A DNA stretch of 64,000 bases from Gemmatimonadota bacterium. Lineage in GTDB: Bacteria; Gemmatimonadota; Gemmatimonadetes; Gemmatimonadales; GWC2-71-9. The stretch spans positions 1 to 64,000 of the forward strand of contig JAZDCY010000074.1 in the NCBI GenBank assembly GCA_036679645.1. Reading direction: 5' to 3'. Below, piece after piece: positions 38,521 through 47,387 of the stretch (the first letter of the stretch is position 1; the number at the start of each line of letters is the position of its first letter). A model generated the notes under the pieces. The model saw nothing but the letters and a program-made list of their open reading frames with translations. It searched no databases and was not told the DNA's origin. The translations under genes and the position numbers were made by a program.

Positions 38521-40469
38521 TGCCGCGTGGCAGCTGCGGCGAGAACCGACCGCAGCTCCGCCAGAGAAAACGGCTTCCGGAGATACGGGCGACCGAGGGA
38601 TTCGAGAAACTGAAGCGTGTTACCGCGCACCGTGTCACCGGTGCTGAACACGACGCGTTCTGCCGCGTCCGGGTTCTGCTGCTGCAGCGCCTCGAACATC
38701 TCGCGCCCGCCCAGGGCTGGCATGCGCAGGTCCGAGATGATGACGTCGAACGGGTCATGCGTAGCGCGCTCGAGACCCTCTGCACCATCAACGGCGATGG
38801 CGACCTCGTGTCCCCAGGCCTCGAGCGTTGCCTGCATGTAGTGCTGGATGTGCGGTTCGTCGTCGATCACGAGTACGCGCAGCGCGCCGGGTGCCTTGGG
38901 TTCGGCGGTCACCGTGGGGCTCTCCTCGCGGCCGGCTGGAAGCTCCACGCGGAACGCCGCGCCACCCAGGGCGCTCCGGGCGTACGAGAGGCGACCGCCG
39001 TGCTCCTTCACTATACCGGCGCAAATCGAAAGGCCTAGACCTGTGCCCTCCCCTTCGGCCTTGGTCGTGAAGAACGGCTCGAAGATGCGATCCGCCACCG
39101 TGTCGGGTACGCCCGGACCATCGTCTTCAACCGTGATGGCGACACCATCCAGCCACGGCTCGCCGCGAATGACGATACGGCCCGATCCTTTGGAGGCCCC
39201 GATGGAGTGGACGGCGTTGTTGATGAGGTTCACGAATACTTGCTGGGCCTGATTGGGAGCGACACACACCGGCGGCAGGTCCGCGGCAATGTCGAGTTCG
39301 AGGTCGATCCCATGGGCAATGAACTGGTTCTTGAAGAGCACCAGGGTCGCCGAGAGAATCTGCCGCACGCGCAGTACACTGCGCTGGTCGTCCTGTTTGC
39401 GGGCGAAGGTCAGCAAGTTCCGTACGATGTTCGCCGCGCGTTCGGCCTCCTGTTGGATGGCCCGAAGCGGTTCGCTCAACTCCGGTGTCTGCGCTGCGCC
39501 GGACTCAACCAGGTAGTCGGAAAACCCGATGACCGACGCAAGGGGGTTGTTGAGGTCATGGGCCACGCCGGCGATCAGCTGCCCGATGGCCGACATCTTC
39601 TCGGACTGGATGAGCTGGTCTTGCAGGCGCCGGCGTTCCGTCTGATCGTCGAAGATGAGGGCGGCGCCGCCGTCCGGCGTTCGGGTGAGCGAGAGGACTG
39701 ACAGCTGGAAAACCCGGTCTCCGGCCGTGAGCTCTGTAGGCTCCGCAACGGTGGGGTCGGCGAGCGCGCGGCCCACTGCGTCCGCCCAGGTGGGCGGGAC
39801 GAGGGCAATACAAGGGTGGCCCGCTATGTCGGTCAGGGATACGTCGACCATCGAAGCAAAGGCTTTGTTAGCGCGCGACACGGAGCCCGATGCGTCGACC
39901 ACGCAGATCCCGAGCCGGATCGCATCTACGGTTTGCTCCCACTCTCGTTTTCCGGCAGAAAGCAGGGCGAGGAGTTGCTTGTTCTCGAGCGCGATCGCCG
40001 CCTGCGTCGCGACCGCCACGACGAAATCGAGATCGTCCTGGGTGAGCCGGTCGGCGACGCCACTGGTGAGCGAGACCGCGCCTAGCAGGCGACCGGCGGC
40101 AAGCGGGCAGCCGATCCAGCCCAATGGTTTCCCGGCGACCGTGATCCCGCGCACGGCCAGCTCAGTATCGGCCCCGTTACGTATGAGGGTGGGTCCGGTA
40201 TCCCCTGCGAGCGTGAGCAGGGGCCGGTCGGTTTTCGGGTCGTATTCCCCGAGGGCCACGGCAACCCGTTGCTGGCCCTCGGCATCGAGCAAGCCGATCA
40301 GCACGCCGTCCGGCTCGAGGTGCCGATCGAGCAGTTCCGCCACGTGACGCGCGACCATCTGGGGGGCGATCGGCCCCACGAGATCGCCGCCCAGGGCGGC
40401 CAGCGCAGTGAGGGACGAAACCTTGCCCCGGGGTGCGGGTGTTTCAGAAGATGAAGGAGGCTGTGCCAT
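38517..40469 (-). CDS. Hybrid sensor histidine kinase (GAF-PAS-HisKA-HATPase-REC)
   Basis: SEKMSAIGQLIAGVAHDLNNPL, NLINNA, DDGPG, FFTTK, GTGLGL, receiver IDDE...DLRMP...KPF. Confidence 0.92.
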   Translation of the reverse strand: MAQPPSSSETPAPRGKVSSLTALAALGGDLVGPIAPQMVARHVAELLDRHLEPDGVLIGLLDAEGQQRVAVALGEYDPKTDRPLLTLAGDTGPTLIRNGADTELAVRGITVAGKPLGWIGCPLAAGRLLGAVSLTSGVADRLTQDDLDFVVAVATQAAIALENKQLLALLSAGKREWEQTVDAIRLGICVVDASGSVSRANKAFASMVDVSLTDIAGHPCIALVPPTWADAVGRALADPTVAEPTELTAGDRVFQLSVLSLTRTPDGGAALIFDDQTERRRLQDQLIQSEKMSAIGQLIAGVAHDLNNPLASVIGFSDYLVESGAAQTPELSEPLRAIQQEAERAANIVRNLLTFARKQDDQRSVLRVRQILSATLVLFKNQFIAHGIDLELDIAADLPPVCVAPNQAQQVFVNLINNAVHSIGASKGSGRIVIRGEPWLDGVAITVEDDGPGVPDTVADRIFEPFFTTKAEGEGTGLGLSICAGIVKEHGGRLSYARSALGGAAFRVELPAGREESPTVTAEPKAPGALRVLVIDDEPHIQHYMQATLEAWGHEVAIAVDGAEGLERATHDPFDVIISDLRMPALGGREMFEALQQQNPDAAERVVFSTGDTVRGNTLQFLESLGRPYLRKPFSLAELRSVLAAAATRQ

Positions 40470-41211
40470 GATCCTTCCGAATTTACGACAACGGCTCACG
40501 GCCGACGATCGTCAGCTCGTGCTGGATGTGCTTGCCGAGGGGGACGCCGGCCGCCGCCTGGAACTCGAGCGACAGGTGGGGACGGAAGGACCGGACGCGC
40601 TGCTGGACGCGCCAGAGCTGCCGCGGCTGCTGCGCGACCGTCCCGGCTGCGCGGTACCGTCCGCGCAGCTCTTCATCTACGTGACCGTACGGCACACGCT
40701 CCGCGACACGGGGATCGAGGATATCCGCCTGGCGGATTATCTGGGAGCGCTGCTCCACGATTTCGGGGCACCTGGCCGTGCGTGGCGCATTGCGCCCCAC
40801 GAGGACGACGAGTTCCATACGCTCGCCGATATTCTGGCCAGCGCCGTTGCGGCAGGTGGGCGGCGCGGATTTCTGTTGCGCGCGCACCTGGGGAATTACA
40901 GCCTTTGGCTCGCGGGCGTTTTCCCGGATCGTATCACTGCCAGACGCGAGCGCCGTGGAGGACCCGGGTTTCGGTATTATGAGGAGTTGGGGGCGCAAGG
41001 ATTTCGGCTGGCGGCGGATGACCGCTACGCGCGGGAGTTGGAAGTGGCCGACGTGTACACGCGGGCCGCGGACCTGTTTGCGCCGTTGCGCGTTGCGCTC
41101 AACCGCCTGTCCGACCAGGCGTTCTTTCGCGACATAGCTTCCGCCGATAGGCTCATACGTCAGGTACGTGACGACAACCGCTTTCCGCCCCGCGCGTCAT
41201 CCCTTTTCTGA
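40468..41211 (+). CDS. Conserved-looking hypothetical cytoplasmic protein
   Basis: SD GAAGGAGG before ATG 40468; helical protein with HLGNYSLWLAGVFPD...YYEELG segment. Confidence 0.7.
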   Translation: MILPNLRQRLTADDRQLVLDVLAEGDAGRRLELERQVGTEGPDALLDAPELPRLLRDRPGCAVPSAQLFIYVTVRHTLRDTGIEDIRLADYLGALLHDFGAPGRAWRIAPHEDDEFHTLADILASAVAAGGRRGFLLRAHLGNYSLWLAGVFPDRITARRERRGGPGFRYYEELGAQGFRLAADDRYARELEVADVYTRAADLFAPLRVALNRLSDQAFFRDIASADRLIRQVRDDNRFPPRASSLF

Positions 41212-41213
41212 GG

Positions 41214-41708
41214 CTACGGCGCCGGGTCGCTGATGTCGGCAAAGAGAGGACAGCGTTCATCGCTGACGGACGCCCACCGTATGCGCATTCCATATAAGGG
41301 GAGTGTGCTCGTCGCACTCGAGATCGTTCCGATCTGCGGGTAGTCAGGTGGGCCGTTGCTGTCGTAGACCAGAATGCCGCGGAACACCTCCGACGAATCA
41401 TCGACGAGTGCCACCGCCCAGCCGGGGCGCATGGGGAACCCTTCGCCTTCGTATCCCACCACTATCCCTACCGAGTCGGGGCCCTTTGCCGCCAGCGCGC
41501 GCGTCGTCCCGCGCCCAACCACGCGCGCGGGGACCGCGCCGGTCAGGCCCGGCGGCGCCGTCTCGAGAAGCGTCGATGCGGCGGAGAACCGCTCGAGGAC
41601 GACGTTGCCCGCGGCGATCATCCCCAGTCCGCAGATTGCGCTGTTCTCTGGGTCCCGCTCGCCGCGGCACGCGAGCAGCGGCACGAGGAGTACCATGAAA
41701 CGCTTCAT
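41214..41708 (-). CDS. Hypothetical lipoprotein
   Basis: MKRFMVLLVPLLAC lipobox. Confidence 0.7.
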   Translation of the reverse strand: MKRFMVLLVPLLACRGERDPENSAICGLGMIAAGNVVLERFSAASTLLETAPPGLTGAVPARVVGRGTTRALAAKGPDSVGIVVGYEGEGFPMRPGWAVALVDDSSEVFRGILVYDSNGPPDYPQIGTISSATSTLPLYGMRIRWASVSDERCPLFADISDPAP

Positions 41709-41772
41709 GAGAGAATTCTACGCGCATGGACCCGATCCGGCCACGCGCATCACCGGGCCGTCGTGGTCTCTG

Positions 41773-41801
41773 TTGACCCTTCCCTGACACCGGAATATCG
41801 T
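41773..41801 (+). promoter_or_regulatory. Sigma70-type promoter for the PspA-like gene
   Basis: TTGACC, 17-nt spacer, TATCGT. Confidence 0.55.
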
Positions 41802-41910
41802 TTGCTCAGGTGACGGGCCGTCCGCGACGGTGCCCGTCTCATTCTGGAGGATGCGCTCATTGCCCTACGACGAACGAACACGCGCGTGCGCGCAGGTCGG
41901 GTGACGCGCG

Positions 41911-42441
41911 ATGTTTGAGGGGCTTCGCGACGCCGTGAACGCGGCGCTCGACGCCGCGACACCGCCTCCAGACTGGCGAGACCTACGCGGGCAGATGCAT
42001 CGCGCGGCGGTCGAGGGGCGGGCGGCGCTAGCCAAGATGCGAGACGATCTCTCGGTCACCGAAGAGGAGCTGGCGGTCGAGCGCCGGCAGTTGGACGACG
42101 CGCGTCGGCGTGGGCGACTTGCGACCGACATTGACGACCAGGAAACGGTCGAGGTGGCCCGCCGCTTCGAGGCGAAGCATGAGGAGCGTGTCGCGGTGCT
42201 GGAGCAGAAGCTCGCCGCCCAACACGCGGAATTGGCGCTTGCGGAGCGAGAGGTCGAGGACATGGTCGGGCAACTCAAGGAGGTGGAGCGCAGGGGGCTG
42301 GCGACGGATCCGTCGGCGCCCGCTGCCGCAGACCTACCCGATGCGGGAGAGACGCGGTTGCGTGAAGACATCGACCGCCAGGCACGCGAAGCGGACGCGG
42401 ATGCCAGATTACGTGAACTGAAGAAACGCATGGGAAAGTAG
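41911..42441 (+). CDS. PspA/IM30-like coiled-coil protein
   Basis: Amphipathic N-terminus MFEGLRDAVNAALD, long coiled coil with RGRLA...DQETVEVA, C-terminal ADARLRELKKRMG. Confidence 0.65.
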   Translation: MFEGLRDAVNAALDAATPPPDWRDLRGQMHRAAVEGRAALAKMRDDLSVTEEELAVERRQLDDARRRGRLATDIDDQETVEVARRFEAKHEERVAVLEQKLAAQHAELALAEREVEDMVGQLKEVERRGLATDPSAPAAADLPDAGETRLREDIDRQAREADADARLRELKKRMGK

Positions 42442-42450
42442 GCGAAGCCG

Positions 42451-42849
42451 ATGGATGTGAGACCCGATCGGATGGTGCATCTCGGATATGGCAAGTACTG
42501 GCGATCAGATGCGATTGTCGGACTGATGCCCATTGAGGAAGAGCGCGGTCCGGGGCGGCGAACCGCCGTGTATACCGCCACGCTCGATCAACCCCTGACG
42601 GCGAGCCGCAGTCAGGAGGCCATTCTCCAAGACATGGCGTTTGCTTCCGACGAGGTCTTTCGCGTGCAGGAAGCCCGCGAGATGCTCTCGGATGTCGCCG
42701 ACGGGCTCTCCGATGTCCCGGATGTGCTCCGGCGAATGCTCATGACCGAGGCCCGGTTCGATGTCGAGACGTGGGTGCGACGGTTGCGTGGCGCGCTGCG
42801 AACGGAGGGCGCGGAGGCCCTAGCCGGACAAAACGACCTGTTCGACTAG
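42451..42849 (+). CDS. Hypothetical protein with RemA/DUF370-like N-terminal domain
   Basis: MVHLGYGKYWRSDAIVGL...GRRTAVY...LTASRSQEAILQDM. Confidence 0.55.
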   Translation: MDVRPDRMVHLGYGKYWRSDAIVGLMPIEEERGPGRRTAVYTATLDQPLTASRSQEAILQDMAFASDEVFRVQEAREMLSDVADGLSDVPDVLRRMLMTEARFDVETWVRRLRGALRTEGAEALAGQNDLFD

Positions 42850-43850
42850 CCGCGGTTGCCCGCGTGATGGCAGGCGACCGTTCCCCGGCCGACGGTGCGT
42901 AGAGCCGGTACCTCCTGCCGGCAACGCTCATCCTTCTCGATGTGCGGGCAGCGCGGATGGAAGACGCAGCCTGACGGGACGTGGAGTGCGCTTGGTGCAT
43001 CGCCCGCGAGCACCGTGCGGTCGCGCTGGGCGGTGGGATCCGGGTGCGGGACCGCGGAGAGCAGCGCCGCCGTGTAAGGATGCTGCGGTGCGGCGTACAG
43101 GTCGTTGACCGTCCCCCTTTCGACGATCCTCCCCAAGTACATCACTGCCACTCGTGTCGCGACCTGCCGAACGACCGCGAGGTCGTGAGCGACGAAGAGA
43201 TACGTGAGTCCGCGGCGCTGTTGCAGGTCGCGCAGCAAGGTCAGCACCTGGGCCTGCACCGAGACGTCCAGGGCGGAGACGGGTTCGTCGAGAATCAGGA
43301 ATTCGGGCTCGACGGCCAGGGCGCGAGCGATGCCCACCCGCTGGCGCTGCCCGCCGGAGAGTTCATGTGGGTAGCGCGGTCGGAATGACTGGTCGAGACC
43401 GACTTCGCCGAGCAACGCGTCGACCCGCTGGTCCAACTCGGCGAGTTCACCGAGTCGGTGGATCTCCATGGGCTCCCGCACGGCCTTTCCGATCGTCATG
43501 CGCGGGTTCAGCGATCCGAACGGGTCCTGAAACACAATCTGCATGCGACGGCGAAACTGTCGGAGGGCCGGCGGGTCGAGGCCCAGCACGTCGATGCCGT
43601 CAAACTCCACCGCCCCGGAATCGGGTTGCGTCAGCCGTAAGATGCACCGGCCCAACGTGGTCTTTCCCGATCCGCTCTCTCCCACGAGTCCGAGTGTCTC
43701 CCCGCGTGGAATCTCCAGCGACACGCCGTCAAGGGCGCGCAGTCGATCGCTACGGCCCCATCCGCGGGCGACCGAGAACTCTTTGACCAGTCCCGTGAGC
43801 CGGAGCAGCGGGGGAGGGGAAGCTGGGGAGCGGGGGGCCGGATCGGTCAT
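42846..43850 (-). CDS. oppF: Oligopeptide ABC transporter ATP-binding subunit (OppF/AppF-like)
   Basis: GESGSGKTT, LSGGQRQR, DEPVSALD, GCVFHPRC. Confidence 0.9.
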   Translation of the reverse strand: MTDPAPRSPASPPPLLRLTGLVKEFSVARGWGRSDRLRALDGVSLEIPRGETLGLVGESGSGKTTLGRCILRLTQPDSGAVEFDGIDVLGLDPPALRQFRRRMQIVFQDPFGSLNPRMTIGKAVREPMEIHRLGELAELDQRVDALLGEVGLDQSFRPRYPHELSGGQRQRVGIARALAVEPEFLILDEPVSALDVSVQAQVLTLLRDLQQRRGLTYLFVAHDLAVVRQVATRVAVMYLGRIVERGTVNDLYAAPQHPYTAALLSAVPHPDPTAQRDRTVLAGDAPSALHVPSGCVFHPRCPHIEKDERCRQEVPALRTVGRGTVACHHAGNRG

Positions 43851-44839
43851 GACTCGCTCCCGTTGTCGTCGGCGACCAACCAGCATCGGGCGGTTCGCTC
43901 GGGGCCGACGTCGAGCAGAGCCGGCTCGGTGCGGCACCGCTCCCAGGCTTTGCTACAGCGGGGGTGGAACCGGCATCCGGCGGGCCAGGCAGTTGCCGGT
44001 GGGACGGCTCCCGGGATGGCCGGTGTGGGCGTGGCAGGGCCGTCGAGTCGCGGGGCGGCCTCGAGCAGGCCACGCGTGTACGGGTGCTTGGGATCGGCAA
44101 AGAGCTCAGGTGTAGGTGCGATTTCCACGATGCGACCGCCATACATGACGGCCACTCGATCGGCGATTCCCGCTGCGATGCCGAGGTTGTGGGTAATGAG
44201 CAGCATCGCGGTCCCGAATTCGCGCTGGAGGGCGGTGAGCAACTCGAGAATCTGCGCTTGGATGGTGACGTCCAGCGCGGTCGTGGGCTCGTCGGCGATC
44301 AACACGCGCGGTCGGCACACGAGCGCGATGGCGATCATTACGCGTTGGCACTGGCCGCCACTCAGCTCGTGCGGGTATGCTCTCGCGCGCTGTTCCAGAT
44401 CCGGGATCCCGACCAGGTGCAGCATCTCGATGGCGCGGGCCCACGCGGCTTTCCTGGTCACGCGCTCATGCGCGCGGACAGTCTCGGCGACCTGCAGGCC
44501 AATCGTGAGTACCGGGTTGAGGCTGGCCATCGGTTCCTGGAATACGATGCCGATGCCGGCTCCCCGTACGTGCCGCAGGTCGCGCTCGCGGAGCCTAGTC
44601 AGGTCGGTTCCCTCGAACTGCACCTGGGCGGTGGACGCGATTAGCCCCGGGGGGGTCGGGATCAGCCGCAGAATCGAGAGCGCCGTGACCGTTTTGCCGG
44701 ATCCCGACTCGCCCACGAGCGCGAGCGTCTCGCCGGCGTGGAGATCGAACGAGACGTCATCGACGGCGCGCGCCGTGCCGTCAACCGTGGCGAACGTCGT
44801 CGTCAGGTTGCGGACGCTGAGGACGGGGCTCATGCTCAT
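43847..44839 (-). CDS. oppD: Oligopeptide ABC transporter ATP-binding subunit (OppD/AppD-like)
   Basis: GESGSGKTV, LSGGQCQR, DEPTTALD, GCRFHPRC. Confidence 0.9.
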   Translation of the reverse strand: MSMSPVLSVRNLTTTFATVDGTARAVDDVSFDLHAGETLALVGESGSGKTVTALSILRLIPTPPGLIASTAQVQFEGTDLTRLRERDLRHVRGAGIGIVFQEPMASLNPVLTIGLQVAETVRAHERVTRKAAWARAIEMLHLVGIPDLEQRARAYPHELSGGQCQRVMIAIALVCRPRVLIADEPTTALDVTIQAQILELLTALQREFGTAMLLITHNLGIAAGIADRVAVMYGGRIVEIAPTPELFADPKHPYTRGLLEAAPRLDGPATPTPAIPGAVPPATAWPAGCRFHPRCSKAWERCRTEPALLDVGPERTARCWLVADDNGSES

Positions 44840-45642
44840 CGGCGGCGCGGGTCGAGGGCTTCGCGCACACCTTCACCCAACACACTGAATGCCAGTACCG
44901 TCAGGACAATTGCCACGCCGCCCGCCGTCGAGATCCACGGTGCCACCGTGAGCACGTGGCGACCGTCGTTGATGATGTTCCCCCACGATGGCGTGGGCTG
45001 CGGCACGCCGACCCCCAGGTACGATAGGCCGGCCTCGATCAGGATGACCTGCCCGACGCCGAGTGTAGCGACGACAATGATGGGCCCGGCAACATTCGGC
45101 AGGATGTGGCGAGTTAGAATGCGTACGGATCCGGCACCGAGCGCACGCGCTGCGGTGACGTACTCGCGTCCACGGGCGCTCTGCACCTCCGCGCGCACGA
45201 TCCGACTGGTTCCGAACCATCCCGTCATGCCGAGAACCGCGATCAACGCCGGCACGGTGACCCCTTCCCACAGCACAAGCACCACGAGCAGCAGGAACAG
45301 ACGTGGCACCGCGAGTCCGGCGTCCACGATCCGCATGAGCACCGTGTCCACCAGCCCACCCATGAAGCCCGCCGTGAGTCCGACGGTGGTTCCGACGGTC
45401 ACGGCGATGGTCATCGCGAAGAGGGCGATCGACAGGGAGATCCTCGCTCCGAAGAGAATGCGGCTCAATAGATCACGACTGTAGAGGTCGGTCCCCAACG
45501 GGTGTGCGGCCGACGGGGCGACGTTGCGCAGCGTGACGAGGTCGAGCTGTGCGGTGGGATCGTAAGGAGCGAGCCAGGGTGCCGCGAGGGCCACCAGCGC
45601 AAGCGCGCCGACGAGCGCGACACCCACGCGGAGCCGATTCAC
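44836..45642 (-). CDS. oppC: Oligopeptide ABC transporter permease (OppC-like)
   Basis: HPLGTDLYSRDLLSR, EYVTAARALGA, PTPSWG; the GTG start overlaps the oppB stop. Confidence 0.9.
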   Translation of the reverse strand: MNRLRVGVALVGALALVALAAPWLAPYDPTAQLDLVTLRNVAPSAAHPLGTDLYSRDLLSRILFGARISLSIALFAMTIAVTVGTTVGLTAGFMGGLVDTVLMRIVDAGLAVPRLFLLLVVLVLWEGVTVPALIAVLGMTGWFGTSRIVRAEVQSARGREYVTAARALGAGSVRILTRHILPNVAGPIIVVATLGVGQVILIEAGLSYLGVGVPQPTPSWGNIINDGRHVLTVAPWISTAGGVAIVLTVLAFSVLGEGVREALDPRRR

Positions 45643-46613
45643 GATGCTGACCTCGTGCGCGGGTCGGCCGCACGCGTGAGCAGGTCGGCGAGCAGGTTGC
45701 CGAAGACGACCATGACAGCGGCCATGATTGCCGCCCCGGTGACCATTGGGTAGTCGCGTCGCCCAATGGCGTCGGCCGCCAGCTTGCCCATGCCGGGCCA
45801 CGCAAAGACCGTCTCCACGAGGACCGCGCCCGAGAGCAGAACGGGGAGGGCGAGGCCCGCGATCGTGATCGTGGGGAGGAGGGCGTTCCGCAGCGCATGA
45901 CGCAGGACCACGACGCGCTCGCGCAATCCTTTGGCGCGCGCGGTGCGGACGAAATCCTGTGCGATGGCCTCCACCATGGCGGCACGTTGGTGCCGCGCCG
46001 TGTAGCCAGCGCCGACCAGCCCAAGTGTCATTGCGGGCAAGACGAGGTGGTGCAGTCTATCCGCGATCTTGCCGAGAGGTGATAGAAACGGGTACGTCAC
46101 GGGGTCGGTCACGCCGGCCACTGGAAACCAATCGAGTCGCTCGCCCAACCCGAATAGCAGCATGAGGCCCAGCCAGAAGACGGGCATCGAGTAGAGCGTC
46201 AACGTGATGATCGAGAGCGCTCGATCGGTGAGCGTTCCCGACCGCATTCCCTGCACGATGCCCGCGCCGACACCGATGCCGAAATCGATGAGCAGAGCCG
46301 CGGCCGCGAGTAGGAGTGTATTCGGAATAGCGTCCCGGATGGCGTGGCTCACGGCTCGCCGTTCGGCGAACGACGTCCCGAGGTCACCGTGCACGAGCCG
46401 CCAGAGGTAGCGCACGTACTGGACGTGCAAGGGTCGATCGAGGCCGAAGTTTACGCGCGTCTGTTCGACGACCTCTGGTGGGATGCGTGCGTCTGACATG
46501 ATGGCGGTGAGGGGGTCGCCGGGCGCGGCATGGAGCAGTACGAAGGTCAGGGTCGCTACGACGAACACGACGACTAGGCCTTGCCCCAGGCGAGCGAGAA
46601 GATAGCGAGCCAC
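45639..46613 (-). CDS. oppB: Oligopeptide ABC transporter permease (OppB-like)
   Basis: PGDP, GDLGTSF, DFVRTARAKGL, HALRNA, RDYP. Confidence 0.9.
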   Translation of the reverse strand: MARYLLARLGQGLVVVFVVATLTFVLLHAAPGDPLTAIMSDARIPPEVVEQTRVNFGLDRPLHVQYVRYLWRLVHGDLGTSFAERRAVSHAIRDAIPNTLLLAAAALLIDFGIGVGAGIVQGMRSGTLTDRALSIITLTLYSMPVFWLGLMLLFGLGERLDWFPVAGVTDPVTYPFLSPLGKIADRLHHLVLPAMTLGLVGAGYTARHQRAAMVEAIAQDFVRTARAKGLRERVVVLRHALRNALLPTITIAGLALPVLLSGAVLVETVFAWPGMGKLAADAIGRRDYPMVTGAAIMAAVMVVFGNLLADLLTRAADPRTRSAS

Positions 46614-46632
46614 GATGTCTACAAGATGAGAC

Positions 46633-47376
46633 TCACCGGCGCCACGTCCAGGCGGGATCGTCGAAAACCGGTTCTGGGGGAGGTGGAGCGTCGCTGGTGG
46701 TCCACTCGCCCGCCCATGTGCGTTGTGCCGCGGTTGCGAGAACCCGTGCTACATCTGCGAACGCGACGGGTCTACCCAATGTCGCGCGCAACGATGTCGC
46801 TGCTGTCTCCGGCGCCGCCCCACGCGTGATCTGGGCGAGTATGCCCTGGTCGTCGCGCAGCAGGATGGATCCGTGTTGCAGGAAGGCGCCGCCGTGCCGT
46901 ACCTGCGCCGACCCCACCAGTTTGCGATGCCCGATTACTACCTCGCCGCCCACGGGCGCCGCGAAGCAGGCGCCCGCGCCCACCGGGCTCGCCCGCCCGC
47001 CGGCAGCGAGTCGCGCGTCCGCCCCGAGCGCGCGGACGGCTTCGGCGACCACCTCGTGTATGGCGAGAAAGGTGTCGCGTAGTCCACCGAACGATTGGAC
47101 CGGTGCAGCGACCGCATACGTGACCTCCGCGTCGTGCCACACCGCGCGTCCGCCGGTTGGTCGGCGAACGGTGTCGAGGCTCAGCCGGCGGATGCGATCG
47201 ACGTCGTATCGGGTGCGGGCCGGTTCGTTGCGCCCGAAGGACAGACAAGCGGGCCGCCAACAGTAGATGCGGAGGAACGCCCTGTCTTCACGGGCTGCGT
47301 GCAACAGCGCCGCGTCGATCCCCATGTTGTCCGCGCCGGTGCGGCCGCGCGGGTCCACGAGGAGGGTCCACCGCAT
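46633..47376 (-). CDS. Lipoate-protein ligase / LipM-like octanoyltransferase
   Basis: NMGID, RRPTGGRAVWH, KLVGSAQ, LQHGSI; start reassigned to ATG 47376. Confidence 0.88.
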   Translation of the reverse strand: MRWTLLVDPRGRTGADNMGIDAALLHAAREDRAFLRIYCWRPACLSFGRNEPARTRYDVDRIRRLSLDTVRRPTGGRAVWHDAEVTYAVAAPVQSFGGLRDTFLAIHEVVAEAVRALGADARLAAGGRASPVGAGACFAAPVGGEVVIGHRKLVGSAQVRHGGAFLQHGSILLRDDQGILAQITRGAAPETAATSLRATLGRPVAFADVARVLATAAQRTWAGEWTTSDAPPPPEPVFDDPAWTWRR

Positions 47377-47387
47377 CAGGGGTGGCG

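Noticed and set aside
43863..44888. Long antisense ORFs (e.g. 43863-44888 +, 6907-7896 -, 21951-22970 -, 62147-63220 -)
   Set aside because: These are shadow frames of well-supported genes in GC-rich DNA and carry no motifs.
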